Source of the DNA: Candidatus Marinacidobacterium sp.
GTDB taxonomy: Bacteria; Acidobacteriota; Vicinamibacteria; Marinacidobacterales; Marinacidobacteraceae
DNA: 64,000 bases
Reading direction: 5' to 3'
Assembly: GCA_965204755.1 (NCBI GenBank)
Contig: OZ242011.1
Span: 3,296,001-3,360,000 of the forward strand
Shown here: positions 1 through 10,114 of the stretch, in pieces
How positions within the stretch are numbered: the stretch's first letter is position 1
Layout: each line of letters opens with the position of its first letter
Program-made: the position numbers and the translations under genes
Notes under the pieces: model-generated
Told to the model about the DNA's origin: nothing
Databases searched by the model: none
Seen by the model: only the letters and a program-made list of their open reading frames with translations

Positions 1-8
1 CTTGAAGA

Positions 9-1772
9 ATGATCCGCAAGGTCACCGCCGACCGGTCGTCGTTCAAGACGCTCGAATTCCAGTCAGGGCTGAACATCCTTCTCGCGGACCGAAGCGAGAG
101 CGCCACCGACAAGGATTCCCGGAACGGCGCCGGAAAAACCAGCCTTGTGGAGTTGATCCACTTCGTGTTCGGGGCCAGCGCTTCGGGGACCATTTTTCGG
201 TCGAGAGATATCGGAGACTGGCGGTTCGGCGTGGAGATGGAGGTCGACAACGAGCCGGGATCCGTCATGCGCTCGGGTCGGCGTGCGGAAGTAGTCGAAG
301 TCTCCGGTTCCCTCGTTCCTGGCGACCACGATGAGCAGCCGAGACTCATGGGGCCGGCCCCTCAGGTGGCCGTGCCCATCGGACAGTGGAAGGCTGGTCT
401 CGGGGAAAGGTGGTTCGGCTTGGTACAAGAGGGCGAAGCAGTTGATCCGTTCGCTCCCCGTTTTCGACCGCTGTTTTCGTACTTCGCTCGCCGGCAGGCA
501 AAGGGCGCCTTCAACAGCCCGATGCAGTACTGGTCGAGACAGCCGGTCTGGGAAGAACGCGTTTCCATCTCGTGGCTCTTGGGACTCGACTGGACAGTCG
601 CTCAGCGTCTTCAGCGACTTCGTGAGCGCGAGAAAGGTGTAGACGATGCGATGAAAGCGATCGAGTCCGGTGAACTGCCTGTGCTCTCGCGCACTGCGTC
701 GGAATTGCGGACTGCTCTCACGGTGGCGCGGGGAGAAGCGCACACGAGAAAACAGCGACTCCATGCCTTTCGCGTGTTGCCGGACTATGAAGACTTGGAG
801 AAGGAGGCGGACTCGATTACCGTCCAAATCAACGACATCGCCGGGGACAACATCGCGGATCGCGCGTTGCTTCGAGACCTCGAGACTTCATTGGGTGGCG
901 AAACAGACGACATGCATCCGGAGATTCAGCGACTCTACAAGGAGGCGGGAATCGTGTTGCCGGGTGCGACCCTGCGTCGGCTCGCCGAGGTGGACACCTT
1001 TCATCGCGCGGTCGTTCGGAACCGCAAGAGCCAACTGAAGGACGCTATCGAGAGCGCGAGAGAGCGGATCGTCGGGCGAGAGCGACGGAAGGAGTCGCTC
1101 GATCGGCGAAGGAGGAAGATCATGAAGGTCTTGGAGTCGGGGGGCGCATTGGCGGAGTACAGTGCGCTCCGAGAGGAGGTCGCTCGACGCGAGGGGGAGG
1201 TGGAGGTCCTTGAACAGCATCTGCGGAACGCGGAAGAGATCGAGGGCCGTCGGGCTGCGCTGAAGGTCGAGCGAGCCAGTTTGCTCAAGGCCGTGCAAGA
1301 CGACATAACCGAACGAGGAGAGCATCTTCAGGAGGTGATTCTTCGCTTCGAGCGACTGTCGCAATCGCTCTACGAGAGGGCCGGGCGCCTGCACATAGCG
1401 CCCAGCAACTCCGGACCGAAGTTCGAGGTGCAGATTCACTCCGGGCGGAGTCTCGGCATCACGAACATGCAGATCTTCTGTTTCGACTTGATGCTGATGG
1501 ACTTGATGGTCGAGCGGGGGCAATCGCCGGGGTTCCTCATCCACGACAGCCACCTGTTCGACGGCGTCGATGAACGGCAGGTGGCGCGGGCGCTGCAGGT
1601 GGGCGCGCGCCGGGCGGAGGCCGGCGGGTTCCAGTACATCGTGACGCTGAACACGGACAAGATACCCAAGGACGGGTTCGATCCGGGGTTTCGGCTCGAC
1701 GACTACTTCTTGGATGTGCGCCTTACCGACGCTCTTCCCGACGGGGGGCTGTTCGGGATTCGTTTCGATTAG
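9..1772 (+). CDS. SMC-like ABC ATPase of an ABC-three-component / Lamassu-type defence system (DUF2326, LmuB-like)
   Basis: Walker A SRNGAGKTS, long coiled coil, C-terminal FLIHDSHLFDGVDERQ and YIVTLNTD; the ATG overlaps an upstream stop (ATGA at 9-12), implying an operon continuing to the left. Confidence 0.8.
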   Translation: MIRKVTADRSSFKTLEFQSGLNILLADRSESATDKDSRNGAGKTSLVELIHFVFGASASGTIFRSRDIGDWRFGVEMEVDNEPGSVMRSGRRAEVVEVSGSLVPGDHDEQPRLMGPAPQVAVPIGQWKAGLGERWFGLVQEGEAVDPFAPRFRPLFSYFARRQAKGAFNSPMQYWSRQPVWEERVSISWLLGLDWTVAQRLQRLREREKGVDDAMKAIESGELPVLSRTASELRTALTVARGEAHTRKQRLHAFRVLPDYEDLEKEADSITVQINDIAGDNIADRALLRDLETSLGGETDDMHPEIQRLYKEAGIVLPGATLRRLAEVDTFHRAVVRNRKSQLKDAIESARERIVGRERRKESLDRRRRKIMKVLESGGALAEYSALREEVARREGEVEVLEQHLRNAEEIEGRRAALKVERASLLKAVQDDITERGEHLQEVILRFERLSQSLYERAGRLHIAPSNSGPKFEVQIHSGRSLGITNMQIFCFDLMLMDLMVERGQSPGFLIHDSHLFDGVDERQVARALQVGARRAEAGGFQYIVTLNTDKIPKDGFDPGFRLDDYFLDVRLTDALPDGGLFGIRFD

Positions 1773-2398
1773 CCGGGCGCCGCCGGGAGGGCGGCGCGGG
1801 CGGCGACGGTGTCGATGTGCCGCTGGGCGGCGGGTTCGAGGGAGCGGTTGTAGAGGAGGGCGGCGGGGTGGTAAAGGGTGATGAAGTCGTGGCGGGGCCA
1901 ATCGGGGAGGCGGAAGAACTCGCCTACGGTTTCGGATAGCGGGCGGCGGGCGCGGTTCGGGGAGAAGCGGCGGAGAGCCGTGGCGCCGAGTAGGGCGACG
2001 ATGCGCGCGGGGGACAGGGCCAACTGGCGGTCGAGGAGGGGGCGGCAGGCGGCGGCTTCCTGTTTGGTCGGGGCGCGGTTCTTGGGCGGGCGGCATTTCA
2101 CGACATTCACGATGAGGACATCGCGTTCGGTGGAAAGGCCGGCGGAGTGGAAGAGGGCGTCGAGAGTCTTTCCGGCGCGGCCTACGAACGCTCGGCCGGA
2201 GGCGTCCTCGAAGGCGCCGGGCGCTTCGCCCACGGCGAGGATCGGCGCTTGGGGGTTGCCGCGATCCACCACGATGTGCGTGCGCCCGTCCGCCAGGGGG
2301 CAGCGGCGGCAGGCGCTCGCGGCCAGCAGGTCGTGGAACGCGGAGTAGTCGGTGGCCGTAAGCGCCCGCCCGACGGCGTCCGGCGGGCGCCTCGTCAT
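1769..2398 (-). CDS. uracil-DNA glycosylase, family 4
   Basis: CRRCPL Fe-S motif, VGEAPG, FVGRAG, NVVKCRPPKNR, LYHPAALL. Confidence 0.92.
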   Translation of the reverse strand: MTRRPPDAVGRALTATDYSAFHDLLAASACRRCPLADGRTHIVVDRGNPQAPILAVGEAPGAFEDASGRAFVGRAGKTLDALFHSAGLSTERDVLIVNVVKCRPPKNRAPTKQEAAACRPLLDRQLALSPARIVALLGATALRRFSPNRARRPLSETVGEFFRLPDWPRHDFITLYHPAALLYNRSLEPAAQRHIDTVAARAALPAAPG

Positions 2399-3973
2399 TC
2401 AGCCGCCCCGGTGTTCGCCGAAGACGGAGCGGAGGGCGTCGCTGATTTCGCCGACGGTGGCCATCGCTTCCACCGCCGACAGGATCGCGGGCATCAGGTT
2501 GCCGCCGGCGCCGGCCACTCGCCCTACTTCCTCGAGCGCGGCGCGGCAGACCTCGCCATCGCGGCGGGCGCGCGCGCGGCGAACGCGTTCCGCCTGCGCG
2601 GCTTCCACCTCCGGGTGGAGCGTGAACGGTTCGACGGAACTCGTTTCGCCGTCCTTGCGGAACCGGTTGACGCCGACCACCGTCTCCTTGCCGGCTTCGA
2701 GGTCTTGCTGGTAGGCGTAGGCGGCTTCGCGGATGCGGGCCTGGACGAAACCGGCTTCGAGCGCGGCCGCCGGCCCTCCCAAGCGATCCACTTCCGCGAT
2801 CCACGAACGCGCTTCTTCCTCGATCCGGTCGGTGAGGGATTCGACCGCCCACGAACCGCCCAAGGGATCCACGGTGGCCGCCACGCCGCTCTCGAAGGCG
2901 ATCACCTGTTGCGTGCGGAGCGCGAGTTCCGCGGTTTCTTCGGTGGGAAGACCGAGCGCTTCGTCGAGAGCGTTCGTATGGAGGGATTGCGCGCCGCCGA
3001 GCACTGCGGAAAGCGCTTCCAAGGTCGTGCGCGCCACATTCACCTGCGGCGAGAGGGCGGTCAGCGTGGAGCCGGCGGTCTGCGCGTGGAACCGGAGCAT
3101 CTGCGCGCGCGGGCTCTTCGATCCCAGTCGTTCGCGCAGCAGGTCGGCCCACAGGCGGCGCGCGGCGCGGAACTTGGCGACTTCTTCCAGGAAGTCGCGG
3201 TGCGCGTTGAAGAAGAACGAAACCCGCGGCGCCACTTCGTCCACGCCGAGGCCGCGCGCCATCGTGGCCTCGACATAGGCGAGGCCGTTCGCCAGCGTGA
3301 AGCCGACTTCCTGCGCGGCGGTGCAGCCGGCTTCCCGGATGTGGTAGCCGCTCACGCTCACCGGCTGGAACCGGGGCAACTCGCGGCGGCACCATTCGAT
3401 CAGGTCCGTAGCCAGCCGCATCGAAGGTTCCGGCGGGTAGATCCAGGTTCCGCGCGCGGCGTACTCCTTGAGGATGTCGTTCTGGACGGTGCCGGAGATC
3501 CGGTCGAGCGGAATGCCCTGCCGCCGCGCCGCCGCCGCGTAGAGCGCGGCGAGGATCGGCGCCGTGGCGTTGATCGTCATCGAGGTCGAGACCTCGCCCA
3601 GCGGGATCTCGGAGAACAGCGTTTCCATGTCTTCGAGCGAGTCCATGGCGACTCCCACGCGCCCGACTTCGCCGGCGGCGAGCGGGTGGTCGGAGTCGTA
3701 ACCGATCTGGGTGGGCAGGTCGAAGGCGGTGGAAAGACCGGTCTGGCCGCTTCGCAGGAGGTAACGGAACCGGCGGTTCGTCTCCTCGGCGGTGGCATAG
3801 CCGGCGTATTGGCGCATCGTCCACAGGCGTTCCCGATACCCCGAGGCGCGAATGCCCCGGGTGAACGGCGGCTCGCCGGGAAGGCCGATCCGCTCTTCGC
3901 CGCCCGGGGCGTCTTCCGGGCGGTAGAGCGGCTTCAGTTCGCGGCGCGGCCGGGCCGGCGGGGGCGCCGGCAA
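2399..3973 (-). CDS. methylmalonyl-CoA mutase family, large (substrate-binding) subunit without B12-binding domain
   Basis: [47 protein letters not shown]; ends at [15 protein letters not shown] with no DxHxxG domain. Confidence 0.93.
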   Translation of the reverse strand: MPAPPPARPRRELKPLYRPEDAPGGEERIGLPGEPPFTRGIRASGYRERLWTMRQYAGYATAEETNRRFRYLLRSGQTGLSTAFDLPTQIGYDSDHPLAAGEVGRVGVAMDSLEDMETLFSEIPLGEVSTSMTINATAPILAALYAAAARRQGIPLDRISGTVQNDILKEYAARGTWIYPPEPSMRLATDLIEWCRRELPRFQPVSVSGYHIREAGCTAAQEVGFTLANGLAYVEATMARGLGVDEVAPRVSFFFNAHRDFLEEVAKFRAARRLWADLLRERLGSKSPRAQMLRFHAQTAGSTLTALSPQVNVARTTLEALSAVLGGAQSLHTNALDEALGLPTEETAELALRTQQVIAFESGVAATVDPLGGSWAVESLTDRIEEEARSWIAEVDRLGGPAAALEAGFVQARIREAAYAYQQDLEAGKETVVGVNRFRKDGETSSVEPFTLHPEVEAAQAERVRRARARRDGEVCRAALEEVGRVAGAGGNLMPAILSAVEAMATVGEISDALRSVFGEHRGG

Positions 3974-3974
3974 C

Positions 3975-4478
3975 TCAGCGCTCCTCGCCCGGAGCGGTTT
4001 CCGGGGCGCACGCGTACTCGCACACCACCACCTGGTCGCTCCACAGTTCCGACCGGGAGGGATCCACCGGACACAGGCGCACCAGGTCCTCTTCCAGGAA
4101 CAGCGGGCAGCCCTCGATCGGCGCGGCGGAGCGGTCGTCGGGACGGGCGATGGGAAGTTCCAGCCGGCGGCGGTCGGGAGTCCAGCCGTCGCGCTCGGCC
4201 AGGTCGGCGAGCGCCCGCCGCAGGCGCTCCACCCGGCCGCGCGCTTCGCCGAGGTCGATCCGCCGCTCCCGGAGCGCTTCGAGGATGTCCAGTCCGTCGG
4301 CGCGGAGCGAAGCGATGGAGGCTTCCTGCGACGAGGGGGCGCGACCGGCCGCGTCGAGCGCGAAACGGGCGGCGTCGAGCGTGAAACCGGCTGCGCCGGG
4401 CCCGCCCTCGAGGAGCGGGGCGAAGAGGGCGAGGACGAACGCCGGCGCCGCGGGACGCGGGCGCGCGGGAAACCGCAC
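3975..4478 (-). CDS. hypothetical protein, possibly exported
   Basis: ORF fits the gap in a same-strand gene run; hydrophobic N-terminus, Cys residues near the C-terminus. Confidence 0.5.
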   Translation of the reverse strand: MRFPARPRPAAPAFVLALFAPLLEGGPGAAGFTLDAARFALDAAGRAPSSQEASIASLRADGLDILEALRERRIDLGEARGRVERLRRALADLAERDGWTPDRRRLELPIARPDDRSAAPIEGCPLFLEEDLVRLCPVDPSRSELWSDQVVVCEYACAPETAPGEER

Positions 4479-4487
4479 CCGGAGGAG

Positions 4488-5453
4488 TTACTCCGAGGGC
4501 CCGATGCTCGGCTGCGGCTGCGAGGACGGCGGCCGCCAGAGCGGATCCCCGGACTGCCGCTCGCGGATCCACCGCCTCAACGGGACATCCTCCGGCTGCG
4601 GTTGGTACCACCCGACTTCCGTGCGGCCGTCGCCGAGCAGTTGCCGCAGCACCGGGTCGCACCGGTCGAGCAGTTCCGCCGGCATCGCCCGGTAGTCCAG
4701 CGGCCGCAGCCAGCGGTAGGAATACCCGAAGAAGAGCGCCTTCCGCACGACCTCCGACTCGTTCGTCCCGTGCCGGTGCCAGAGCCGGCGGTCGAAGATC
4801 ACCGCGTCGCCGGGGCGCGCCCGGAGCGACTTCTTCCCGTCCCACTCCGGGTCGTCGCACTCGGGCGGCGGGGCGTCCAGGCGGTGGCTGCCGGGGACGA
4901 GTTCCATAGCGCCCCGCGCCGGGCCGCGGGTGTCGGTGAGCCAGTAGGCGACCTTCACCGAGAGGCGCGGCGCCGGGCGCTCCAACTCGAGCACCGGGCG
5001 GCCGCTGTCCTGATGCCACACCGGTTCGCGGCACTGCTCGCCGCCCCACGGCTCCGGGGGATAGACCACCAGGTGCGAGATGTACAACTGGATGTTCCAG
5101 CCGAGGACGCTCCAGACCTTGGGAAGCGTCCGCGCGTGAGTCACGAGTTCCAGGAACGCGGGGTCGAAGCGGATCGTCGCGAAGCGGGACATCATGTCCC
5201 CGCGGGCGAGGTCGAGTCGCCGCCGCTCGGCGGCGTCGAGGCGGTCCGCCGCTTCGAGCAGGCGCCCGGTGTGTTCGGCGGTGAGCGCGCCCGGGATCTC
5301 CAGGTAGCCGTCGCGGTCGAAACGCGCGATCTCGTCGGCCGTCGCCGCGTGTTCGAGGTGTTCGTCCGTCAGTCCGGGGAACCGCCGCCCGTCGAGCGGG
5401 AAGAGCACCCGGTCGTCCACCGGCTCCACCGGCGGGGCCACGAGCCGGCTCAT
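4488..5453 (-). CDS. phytanoyl-CoA dioxygenase family (Fe/2-oxoglutarate) protein
   Basis: FDRDGYL, WHQDS (HxD), [18 protein letters not shown]; start set at ATG 5453. Confidence 0.85.
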   Translation of the reverse strand: MSRLVAPPVEPVDDRVLFPLDGRRFPGLTDEHLEHAATADEIARFDRDGYLEIPGALTAEHTGRLLEAADRLDAAERRRLDLARGDMMSRFATIRFDPAFLELVTHARTLPKVWSVLGWNIQLYISHLVVYPPEPWGGEQCREPVWHQDSGRPVLELERPAPRLSVKVAYWLTDTRGPARGAMELVPGSHRLDAPPPECDDPEWDGKKSLRARPGDAVIFDRRLWHRHGTNESEVVRKALFFGYSYRWLRPLDYRAMPAELLDRCDPVLRQLLGDGRTEVGWYQPQPEDVPLRRWIRERQSGDPLWRPPSSQPQPSIGPSE

Positions 5454-5520
5454 GCGGTTCGACGAGGTTTCGGCTGGCTGGCGGGCGGGAGGGCGGGCGG
5501 AGGCGGCTAGTATTGCGGAA

Positions 5521-6195
5521 GTGAGTCGGCGGCGTCTTGCGCTGCTGCTGGCGTGGGGGCTGCTCCTCGCGCTGGGCGGCAGCATCTACTTGGGCCCGTA
5601 TTTCGCCGCTTGGAGCATCCGCCGGGCGGTGGCCGCCGGGGACGCGGAAGCGCTCCACGACTTCGTGGACTTCGAGGCGGTGCGGGAGAACCTGAAGGGC
5701 GAACTGCGGCGCACCGTCGGCGCCCGGCAACGGCAGGCGGCGGCCGCGCCCGAGCCGCCCGCGGACGACGGGAGTCCCGAACCGGCCCCGGAACCGGCGC
5801 CGGCCGAGGCCCCGCTGACCGACCTGGGCGCTCGCCTCGCGGTGACGGTCGGGGAGACGATGATCGACCGCTTCGCCACGCCGGAGGGCGTGGACCGGGC
5901 GCTTCGCTCCGGGGCGGCCCAAGGAGGCGGCGACGGCTGGTCGTCGTTCTTGGACCTCGGCGGCGACCGCGGGAGCGAGGGCGGCGGCGACAGCGGCAGC
6001 GGCAGGGGCGGGATCGAGGTGCGCGCCGGCTACGACGGCTGGAACGACTTCGCGGTGCGGCTGGGCGTCGAGGCGGACGCCGCCGACGAAGCGCCGATCT
6101 GGGCGGACATCCTGTTCGAGCGGCGCGGGATCTGGGCGTGGCGGGTGACCGGCGCCCGGGTCAGCCCGGACGCGATCTCCCTGCTCGTTCGCTGA
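5521..6195 (+). CDS. DUF2939-like membrane-anchored protein
   Basis: N-terminal TM followed by PYFAAWSIRRAVAAGDAEALHDFVDFEAVRENLK; C-terminal FERRGIWAWRVT; GTG 7 nt after TAGTAT. Confidence 0.7.
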   Translation: MSRRRLALLLAWGLLLALGGSIYLGPYFAAWSIRRAVAAGDAEALHDFVDFEAVRENLKGELRRTVGARQRQAAAAPEPPADDGSPEPAPEPAPAEAPLTDLGARLAVTVGETMIDRFATPEGVDRALRSGAAQGGGDGWSSFLDLGGDRGSEGGGDSGSGRGGIEVRAGYDGWNDFAVRLGVEADAADEAPIWADILFERRGIWAWRVTGARVSPDAISLLVR

Positions 6196-6198
6196 CCC

Positions 6199-7128
6199 TC
6201 ACTCGGCGGCCAGCCGGGCGGCGGCTTCCGCCCGCGTCGGGATCCCGGCCGTTCCCGGCGACTCCACGGTCAGGGCGGCGGCCGCCGCGGCGAGCCGGGC
6301 GGACTCCTCCGGAGGAGAGTCCCGGCGCCACAGGCCGAACGCCAGCGCCGCGGCGAACACATCCCCGGCGCCCGTCGGGTCCGCGACCGCAGCCTCGACC
6401 GCCGGAACCGGCAGGGCCGGCGCCTCCCGGCGGAGGATCACCGCGCCGGCGGCGCCGCGCGTGACGGCGAGGGCCGGACGCCCGGTCCGAGCCGCCTCGA
6501 GCCAGGACCGGGCGCCGGCGGCGCGGGACTCCTCGTCGCTGAGGCAGACCAGGTCCATTTCGGCGAGTCGCTCCGCGAATCCGCCGGACGCGGCGAGGGT
6601 GACCGATCGGCTGCGTCGGGCCGTCCGGCGGAGCAGGCCCTGCGGGATCGCCGCGGCGAAAGCCCCGCGTCCGGGAGGCCGGGGAAACCGGCGGACGCGG
6701 GAGAGTTCCGAGGTCACCGGCGCGAAGACGGCGAGCGAGCCGGGGGGCAGCGCGAGCGCCGCCTCCCGGAGCGCGCCCGCCGGAATCGGGTCGGCGCGGC
6801 CCAGCAGCCGCTGGCGCCGCGTCCCGTCGGGGAGGTAGCGATTCTCGAACCTGGTGCGTTCGCGGGACTGCATCCAGTCCACCGGGATGCCGGGGAGGTC
6901 GTCGAGGTAGGGGAATCCGGGGTCGATCGCGGTGAAGATCCGCACCCGGACGCCCCACCGGGAGAGCAGCAGGGCGGCGTAGGCGGCGGCGCCGCCGAGC
7001 CTCGGGCCGTCCGGGGTCAGGTCCTCGGTGAGGTGTCCGACGACCAGGGCGCGGGGTTCGCGCGCCGGCGGCTTCCCGTACCCTCCGCCCGCCCGCGGTT
7101 CCCCGGTGCTCGTCTGGACTTCGCTCAT
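6199..7128 (-). CDS. PfkB family carbohydrate kinase
   Basis: LGGAAAYAA, VTRGAAGA, DPTGAGDVFAAA signature; start uncertain. Confidence 0.88.
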   Translation of the reverse strand: MSEVQTSTGEPRAGGGYGKPPAREPRALVVGHLTEDLTPDGPRLGGAAAYAALLLSRWGVRVRIFTAIDPGFPYLDDLPGIPVDWMQSRERTRFENRYLPDGTRRQRLLGRADPIPAGALREAALALPPGSLAVFAPVTSELSRVRRFPRPPGRGAFAAAIPQGLLRRTARRSRSVTLAASGGFAERLAEMDLVCLSDEESRAAGARSWLEAARTGRPALAVTRGAAGAVILRREAPALPVPAVEAAVADPTGAGDVFAAALAFGLWRRDSPPEESARLAAAAAALTVESPGTAGIPTRAEAAARLAAE

Positions 7129-7711
7129 CGCCCGCGAGAAGCGGCGCTCCCTGCTATCCGCCGGCGGCGCGGTGATCGGCGGCCTGTTGTTCTGGCACCT
7201 GGGCGGGTTCTACGGGTGGTCGCTGCCGTGGACGATCGGGGCGGTGGCAGTGGGCGCGCTCGTCCTCCGGTCGGTCGGGTCGGCGCTGTTCTTCCTCTCG
7301 CGGCATCCGTTCGCGGTCTGCGACTTCGGCCTGAGCGAGGCGGCCGTTCCCGGCGGGGCGGTGCGCTGCGCCGCGCGCATCGTCGCGCGCCGCCCGGTCG
7401 CCGCCGCCGCCGTCCGATTCTCGCTCACGGCGGAGAGCCGGGGCGCGTCGCGGGAGACGCGGCGGCTGTTCTCGGCGGAGCGGGAGGCGGCGCGGGCGGT
7501 CGCCCTCGAAGTCGGGAGGGAGTTCGAGGAGGAGGCCGACCTGCCGGTGCCCGAGGACGCGCCGTTCTCCTACCGGTCGTTCGAGGGGCGCCTGCGCTGG
7601 CTGGCGCGGGCGGAAGTCGCGGTGGAGGGTTACGGGACCTTCGCCGAGGAGATCGAGGTGCTCATGGCGCCGCCGCCTCCGGAGGACCCGGAGGGCGAAG
7701 TCGGGGAGTAG
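7106..7711 (+). CDS. hypothetical membrane protein (2 TM plus beta-rich C-terminal domain)
   Basis: two hydrophobic segments then LPVPEDAPFSY...LRWLARAEV; start uncertain. Confidence 0.55.
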   Translation: MLVWTSLIAREKRRSLLSAGGAVIGGLLFWHLGGFYGWSLPWTIGAVAVGALVLRSVGSALFFLSRHPFAVCDFGLSEAAVPGGAVRCAARIVARRPVAAAAVRFSLTAESRGASRETRRLFSAEREAARAVALEVGREFEEEADLPVPEDAPFSYRSFEGRLRWLARAEVAVEGYGTFAEEIEVLMAPPPPEDPEGEVGE

Positions 7712-8772
7712 CGGTAGCCGACCGGCGCCAGGAGCCGCAGGGTGTCCGGGGAGCGGGTGATTTCAACCGGGGCGGGGGCGAAGGCGTCGCCGTCGCACTG
7801 GCAGAGCGGCGCCTCCGCCGAGTTTTCGGCCGGGACGATCCGCGCGGCCGCGGCTCGCGCCACCCGGACGCCGGGGAGGCGGGGCAGGTGGCCGAGGGCG
7901 GCTGCGGCGGCGACCGGCGGGATGGCGAAACGGTGGCGCGGGCCTACCAGCGTCGCCACGAAATCCGGGTGTTCGATCCGCGCGCCCGGAAAGAGCGGAA
8001 GCCACCGGGTGTAGCGCGACTGCGTCCCGACGCCGGCCCACGCGGCGGGAACCGGGTCGCTCCAGTCCCCGGCGCCCGCCGCCGGAGCGATCCGGACGCG
8101 AAGTTCGGGGACCGGCGACCCGAGGAAGACGCGCGCTCCCTCGACCGCCCACCGGGCGAGGCCGCCGCGCCGCTTCGTCCGCGCCCCGACCCGCCGCGCG
8201 GTCGCGGCGTCGAGCCCCACGCTGCAGATCGAGAGGAACAGGCGCTCCTCCGGCGCCGGCGCGGGGGCGCCCGTCTCCATCGGGGCCCCGGACGGAGCGG
8301 CGGGGCCGGCTCGGCGGGCGAGCCCCGGGCGGACGGCGAGGACCCGGCCGGCGACCAGCGCCGCCACCGCGCGGGATTCCTCGGCGGGGACGCCGAGTTC
8401 GCGCGCCAGCACATTCACGGTGCCGCCGGGGAGCGGGGCGAGCGCGGTATCGCGGTTCAGGAGGCCGCGGGCGGCCTCGGCGAGGGTGCCGTCCCCGCCC
8501 CAGCAGAAAACCGCCGCCGCCCCGGCGTCCGCGTGCCGCCGGGCCAGCGCCTCCGCATGGCCGGGCGCGGTCGTGGGCGTTTCCTCCAAGGGGATTCCGG
8601 CCCGGCGGAACGCCTCCCGGATGCGGCGGAGGCGGCGCTCGCTCTTCCGGCGCCCGGCGGCCGGGTTCCAGACGAGGGCGGCGCGGGCGCCCGCCGGGAA
8701 CGCCGGCGACTCCGCCGGCGGGGGGAGGGGCGGCCCGGCGCCGGCGGGCTCGGGGGGTCGGGACGCGGTCAG
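7630..8772 (-). CDS. diacylglycerol/lipid kinase family protein
   Basis: LVWNPAAG (upstream of the TTG start in the ORF track), [31 protein letters not shown]; proposed CTG start at 8772 overlapping the rlpA stop. Confidence 0.8.
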   Translation of the reverse strand: MTASRPPEPAGAGPPLPPPAESPAFPAGARAALVWNPAAGRRKSERRLRRIREAFRRAGIPLEETPTTAPGHAEALARRHADAGAAAVFCWGGDGTLAEAARGLLNRDTALAPLPGGTVNVLARELGVPAEESRAVAALVAGRVLAVRPGLARRAGPAAPSGAPMETGAPAPAPEERLFLSICSVGLDAATARRVGARTKRRGGLARWAVEGARVFLGSPVPELRVRIAPAAGAGDWSDPVPAAWAGVGTQSRYTRWLPLFPGARIEHPDFVATLVGPRHRFAIPPVAAAAALGHLPRLPGVRVARAAAARIVPAENSAEAPLCQCDGDAFAPAPVEITRSPDTLRLLAPVGYRYSPTSPSGSSGGGGAMSTSISSAKVP

Positions 8773-9485
8773 CGCAGTTGGACGACCAGCGCGTCGTAGC
8801 CGAGCGCCCGGAGTTGGCGCCGGATCCGGTTCGCCTCCGCGCGCTCGGCGTAGCGGCCGACCCGCACCCGGTGGACGCCGCCGTCGGTCTCGCTGACCGA
8901 AGCCGGGTAGCCGGCGGCCCGGATCGCCTCCGCCAGCCGCGCCGCTCCGCTCGCCGCCCGGAATGCGCCGGTCTGGACGGTGAAGACCGAGGCCGGCGCG
9001 CGCTCGACGATGGTCACCGACACCGGCGCGACGCCCCGCGCCACGATGCCCAGCCGGCGGGCCGCTTCGTGGGAGAGGTCGATGATCCGGCCGGGGCTGA
9101 AGGGGCCGCGGTCGTTGATCCGCACGCGGACGCTGTTCCCGGTGTCGCGGTCGGTGACTTCCACCACGGTGCCGAAGGGCAGCGTCTTGTGGGCGGCGGT
9201 CATGGCGCCGGGATCCATGGGTTCCCCGTTCGCGGTCGGTCGTCCGCGCTCCTCGATGCCGTACCAGGAGGCTTCGCCGAACTCCGTCGCTCCCGGCGTG
9301 CCGACGGTCGCCGGGGCTCGCCGGGTCCCGGCGCAGCCGGCGGTCAGGGCGAGCGCCGTCGCGGCCGCCGCGAGACGGGCGGCGAGCGCGCGGCGGCGGC
9401 CCCGGCGATGCCGGACGCGCGGCGAACCGGCGGGCGCTCCCCCGCTCCGTTTCGTCATTCCGGTCGTCATTCCGGGCGGCGTCAC
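8769..9485 (-). CDS. rlpA: septal ring lytic transglycosylase RlpA family lipoprotein with SPOR domain
   Basis: lipobox [53 protein letters not shown]...HRVRVG; GTGA overlap with the upstream gene. Confidence 0.9.
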   Translation of the reverse strand: MTPPGMTTGMTKRSGGAPAGSPRVRHRRGRRRALAARLAAAATALALTAGCAGTRRAPATVGTPGATEFGEASWYGIEERGRPTANGEPMDPGAMTAAHKTLPFGTVVEVTDRDTGNSVRVRINDRGPFSPGRIIDLSHEAARRLGIVARGVAPVSVTIVERAPASVFTVQTGAFRAASGAARLAEAIRAAGYPASVSETDGGVHRVRVGRYAERAEANRIRRQLRALGYDALVVQLR

Positions 9486-10105
9486 TTCCGATACGGCGGC
9501 GCGGCGCCCGGCGGCGAACCCCGGGGAATGGAGAGCGAGGTCCACTGCGCCGCTTCGGCGCGCGCGAGAAGCACGACTTGGCCGGCGTGGTACGCGAGGT
9601 GGGTGAGTTGCCGGAGGATCGCCTGCCTCACGGTGAACGGCTCTCCCCGGATGGTCACGCTCCGTTCCAGGTCCTCCGGCCGGAGGGCGGCGAGTTCGCG
9701 TTCCATGACTTCGAACGCCGCGTCCCACTCGGCGAGGAGGGCGGCGCGGTCGAGATCGGGGCGGGGGTCGAACTCGCCCTCCCGGTTGCGGTCCGGCTTC
9801 TCGCCGTCGGTGGTCAGGAAGTCGGTCCAACGCGACCGCAGGTTTCCCGCCAGGTGCCGCAGCAGGATGGCGAGGGAGTTGCCGTCTTCGGGCCGGCGGC
9901 GGTGGAGCGCTTCGTCGCTTCCGACCTGCCGGACCGCCGCCTCCGCCAGCCGCCGCAGCCGGCGGAACTCGAAGCCGGAGTCGGCGAGGAACGCCGCCCC
10001 TCCGGAGGGCGCCCCGGAAGCGGGCGCCGAGGGGGCCGCGGAGGAGGAGTCGTCGGGCAGAACGCGGGGAATTCTAGGGCGTTCCGGCGGCCTCTCCGGT
10101 AGCAT
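9482..10105 (-). CDS. DUF1572 / DinB-like protein
   Basis: [49 protein letters not shown]; start uncertain. Confidence 0.85.
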   Translation of the reverse strand: MLPERPPERPRIPRVLPDDSSSAAPSAPASGAPSGGAAFLADSGFEFRRLRRLAEAAVRQVGSDEALHRRRPEDGNSLAILLRHLAGNLRSRWTDFLTTDGEKPDRNREGEFDPRPDLDRAALLAEWDAAFEVMERELAALRPEDLERSVTIRGEPFTVRQAILRQLTHLAYHAGQVVLLARAEAAQWTSLSIPRGSPPGAAPPYRK

Positions 10106-10114
10106 TTCTCCCCC

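Noticed and set aside
888-3824. 978-aa minus-strand ORF and similar very long ORFs (23323-26493, 28574-32548, 40301-43768, 13090-15846)
   Set aside because: Shadow or antisense frames of real genes in very GC-rich DNA; Arg/Pro/Gly-rich with no motifs.
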